Source: a virus
Taxonomy: Duplodnaviria > Heunggongvirae > Uroviricota > Caudoviricetes
Length of the DNA stretch: 41,272 nt
IMG/VR virus record: IMGVR_UViG_3300014204_000001
Coordinates: 138,011-179,282 of that record
Reading direction: 5' to 3' (one strand)
Shown here: positions 39,713 to 41,272 of the stretch, in pieces
Numbering within the stretch: the stretch's first letter is position 1
How the letters are laid out: every line of letters starts with the position of its first letter
Made by a program: the position numbers and the translations under genes
The notes under the pieces: generated by a model
Databases searched by the model: none
What the model saw: only the letters and a program-made list of their open reading frames with translations
What the model was told of the DNA's origin: nothing

Positions 39713-40375
39713 GTGACTGCGATCTACAACCTGAGAGTCCGACGCAACGTCGTGGGGAGTGGATTCCCCTTTGACCGCGTGTATCTCTGTCGACACGGCG
39801 AGCACGAATGTTTCAAACAGCTGTTTCGGTACGCACTCATCCTGCCGGTCGACGATACGCTCAAGACAATGTTGATCCGAAACGCAGTTCCAGAGGAGTA
39901 CACCAATCTACCGTTCGCACGCGATGACAACCAGGGTACACGAGAGCTCACCTCCGCCGAATGGGCCGAACTCCTGAACAATGGCAACTGGGTAATGGCT
40001 GTGCCCATCCTCACACGGTTCATACGCAAGGCCATTCCACGATACCTCACGGCAGCAGAGTGGTACCGCGACCGCTACAAACGCACTGGCCGGCGCAAAC
40101 GTAAGAAGCTACCAAGCAAACCGTCGCCGTTCCCCGGAATGACTTACCTACAAACGCCAGAGAAGGATATCCGGCCAATCTGCGTCATGTGCTCTCGCTT
40201 CATTTTGCATCAGAACGGCGAATGCAGTCCGGGGCAAAAGGTCTGCTTCGAGGATGGGAATCTCACTGTGGGGGTGACTGACTACTTCCAGGAAGGACTC
40301 GACGCACAGCAACCTTCGTCGAACATCAATGAGCCTGAAGTCGAGGAGATGATCGAGCATGGCGACGTACCGTAA
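39713..40375 (+). CDS. Hypothetical protein directly upstream of the RT
   Basis: GGGAG RBS + GTG; basic patch KRTGRRKRKK and ICVMC...EC...VC Cys cluster; overlaps RT start by 17 nt. Confidence 0.7.
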   Translation: MTAIYNLRVRRNVVGSGFPFDRVYLCRHGEHECFKQLFRYALILPVDDTLKTMLIRNAVPEEYTNLPFARDDNQGTRELTSAEWAELLNNGNWVMAVPILTRFIRKAIPRYLTAAEWYRDRYKRTGRRKRKKLPSKPSPFPGMTYLQTPEKDIRPICVMCSRFILHQNGECSPGQKVCFEDGNLTVGVTDYFQEGLDAQQPSSNINEPEVEEMIEHGDVP

Positions 40376-41272
40376 AACTAGTCTGGAACGCATCGAGTTC
40401 AAACCACCCAAGTTGCAGGGCGGCGTGCCGCTCGTAATCGACGACTGGACCTTGGCCTTCCGATTGGGATTCACTGGCCGGGTGCTTTGGTACTTGATGG
40501 GACACCGTGATGCACAGTACACGGAATTCAAGATCAAGAAGGCTAGCGGCGGCCTGCGCACAGTGCACAACCCGTCAAAGCTCATGCGCTTATTCACCAA
40601 ACAGATCCGTACGCGAATCCTTTTGCCTCTAACGAAGCAGCTAGGGGATCACGTTGGTGCGTACCAGATTGGCAAGAGCACCAAGGACACTGCGATACAG
40701 CACCTGTTCTCGTGCCCTGTTTGCGATAAGTTGGATCAGTCACACACCTGCACTACGCAACTAGAGACCACCGAAAAAGGCTACAAACTGGTACGGTCCG
40801 GTACAGATGAGTGTGCTGCGTGCCAGCCTATTCCTAAGCACGAATGTCCTCGACGAGGTGTCAAGATCCACATGGACCTGAAGGACTTCTTCTCGTCCAC
40901 TCGGCGTTCATACATCCGCAAGTACTTCTGCGAGGTGGTTGGCTACAACCACTACGTGAGCGGAATCCTGGCGCACCTGCTCACCGTGACACTCGAGAAC
41001 CCTGTAACCAAGAAGAAGTACCACGGGGTGCCCCAGGGGTCACTAGCCAGTGGTGACATCTGCAATCTGGTCGCCGACTGGCTCATCGACCAGGAGGCCC
41101 TAGCGATGCTACCTGACTGGAAGTACTCCAGGTACGCCGACGACCTCTACTTTTCGCATAGGGAGAATCTTCCGCGTGCAGAGGTAGACGCCGTGATCGA
41201 AAAGATCACGCGCATAGTGGAAGCGGGTGGTTACCGCGTAAACCGAAAGAAGCTCCACGTTCAACGACCCAC
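40359..41272 (+). CDS. Retron-type reverse transcriptase with double zinc-finger insertion (partial, runs off right edge; not in ORF track)
   Basis: Translated by hand, no stop: YTEFKIKKASGGLRTVHNP, AYQIGKS...AIQH, MDLKDFFSS, GVPQGSLASGDICNL, YSRYADDLYFS (YADD 41133-41144), GYRVNRKK. Confidence 0.93.
   Translation, partial: MATYRKTSLERIEFKPPKLQGGVPLVIDDWTLAFRLGFTGRVLWYLMGHRDAQYTEFKIKKASGGLRTVHNPSKLMRLFTKQIRTRILLPLTKQLGDHVGAYQIGKSTKDTAIQHLFSCPVCDKLDQSHTCTTQLETTEKGYKLVRSGTDECAACQPIPKHECPRRGVKIHMDLKDFFSSTRRSYIRKYFCEVVGYNHYVSGILAHLLTVTLENPVTKKKYHGVPQGSLASGDICNLVADWLIDQEALAMLPDWKYSRYADDLYFSHRENLPRAEVDAVIEKITRIVEAGGYRVNRKKLHVQRP

Noticed and set aside
1-41272. Eukaryotic giant virus, bacterial chromosome rpoBC locus, or recoded genetic code
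   Set aside because: SD sites, sigma-70, portal and TerL indicate a tailed phage; no ribosomal-protein synteny around the RNAP genes; long genes are uninterrupted and TAA, TAG and TGA all serve as stops.
1-41272. tRNA or rRNA genes, IS elements, group I/II introns
   Set aside because: No cloverleaf/T-loop consensus, transposase or interrupted reading frame noticed by eye; tRNAscan-SE and Infernal were not run, so small RNAs could be missed.

Overview
This 41.3 kb window is a fragment of a large tailed dsDNA bacteriophage genome (jumbo-phage-like, GC-rich, standard genetic code, Shine-Dalgarno sites). No database searches were run; all family calls come from motifs I recognised in the translations. 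Minus-strand genes are mostly virion/packaging and transcription genes: a compact two-barrel RNA polymerase encoded as a beta-beta'(N) fusion carrying an intein and an inserted pyrophosphatase-like domain, a separate beta'(C) gene, portal, intein-containing terminase large subunit, a sigma-70 factor, a holin-like gene and several K-x-A-motif-rich proteins. Plus-strand genes are mostly replication/nucleic-acid genes: SNF2 helicase, two PD-(D/E)XK nucleases, ParB, primase-helicase, UDG-fused family A DNA polymerase, Hfq/Sm-like protein, DEDD exonuclease, a MoxR AAA + vWA pair and a retron-type reverse transcriptase that runs off the right edge. The most striking unexplained element is a 1.37 kb non-coding region (29911-31280) with nine co-varying 17-nt hairpins (7-bp stem, CG-YAA-CG core) separated by unique structured spacers and recurring A-rich linkers, directly downstream of the Hfq-like and exonuclease genes. 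Several real ORFs are missing from the supplied track (1-837, 4215-4364, 16973-17113, 17547-17708, 38657-38818, 40359-41272).
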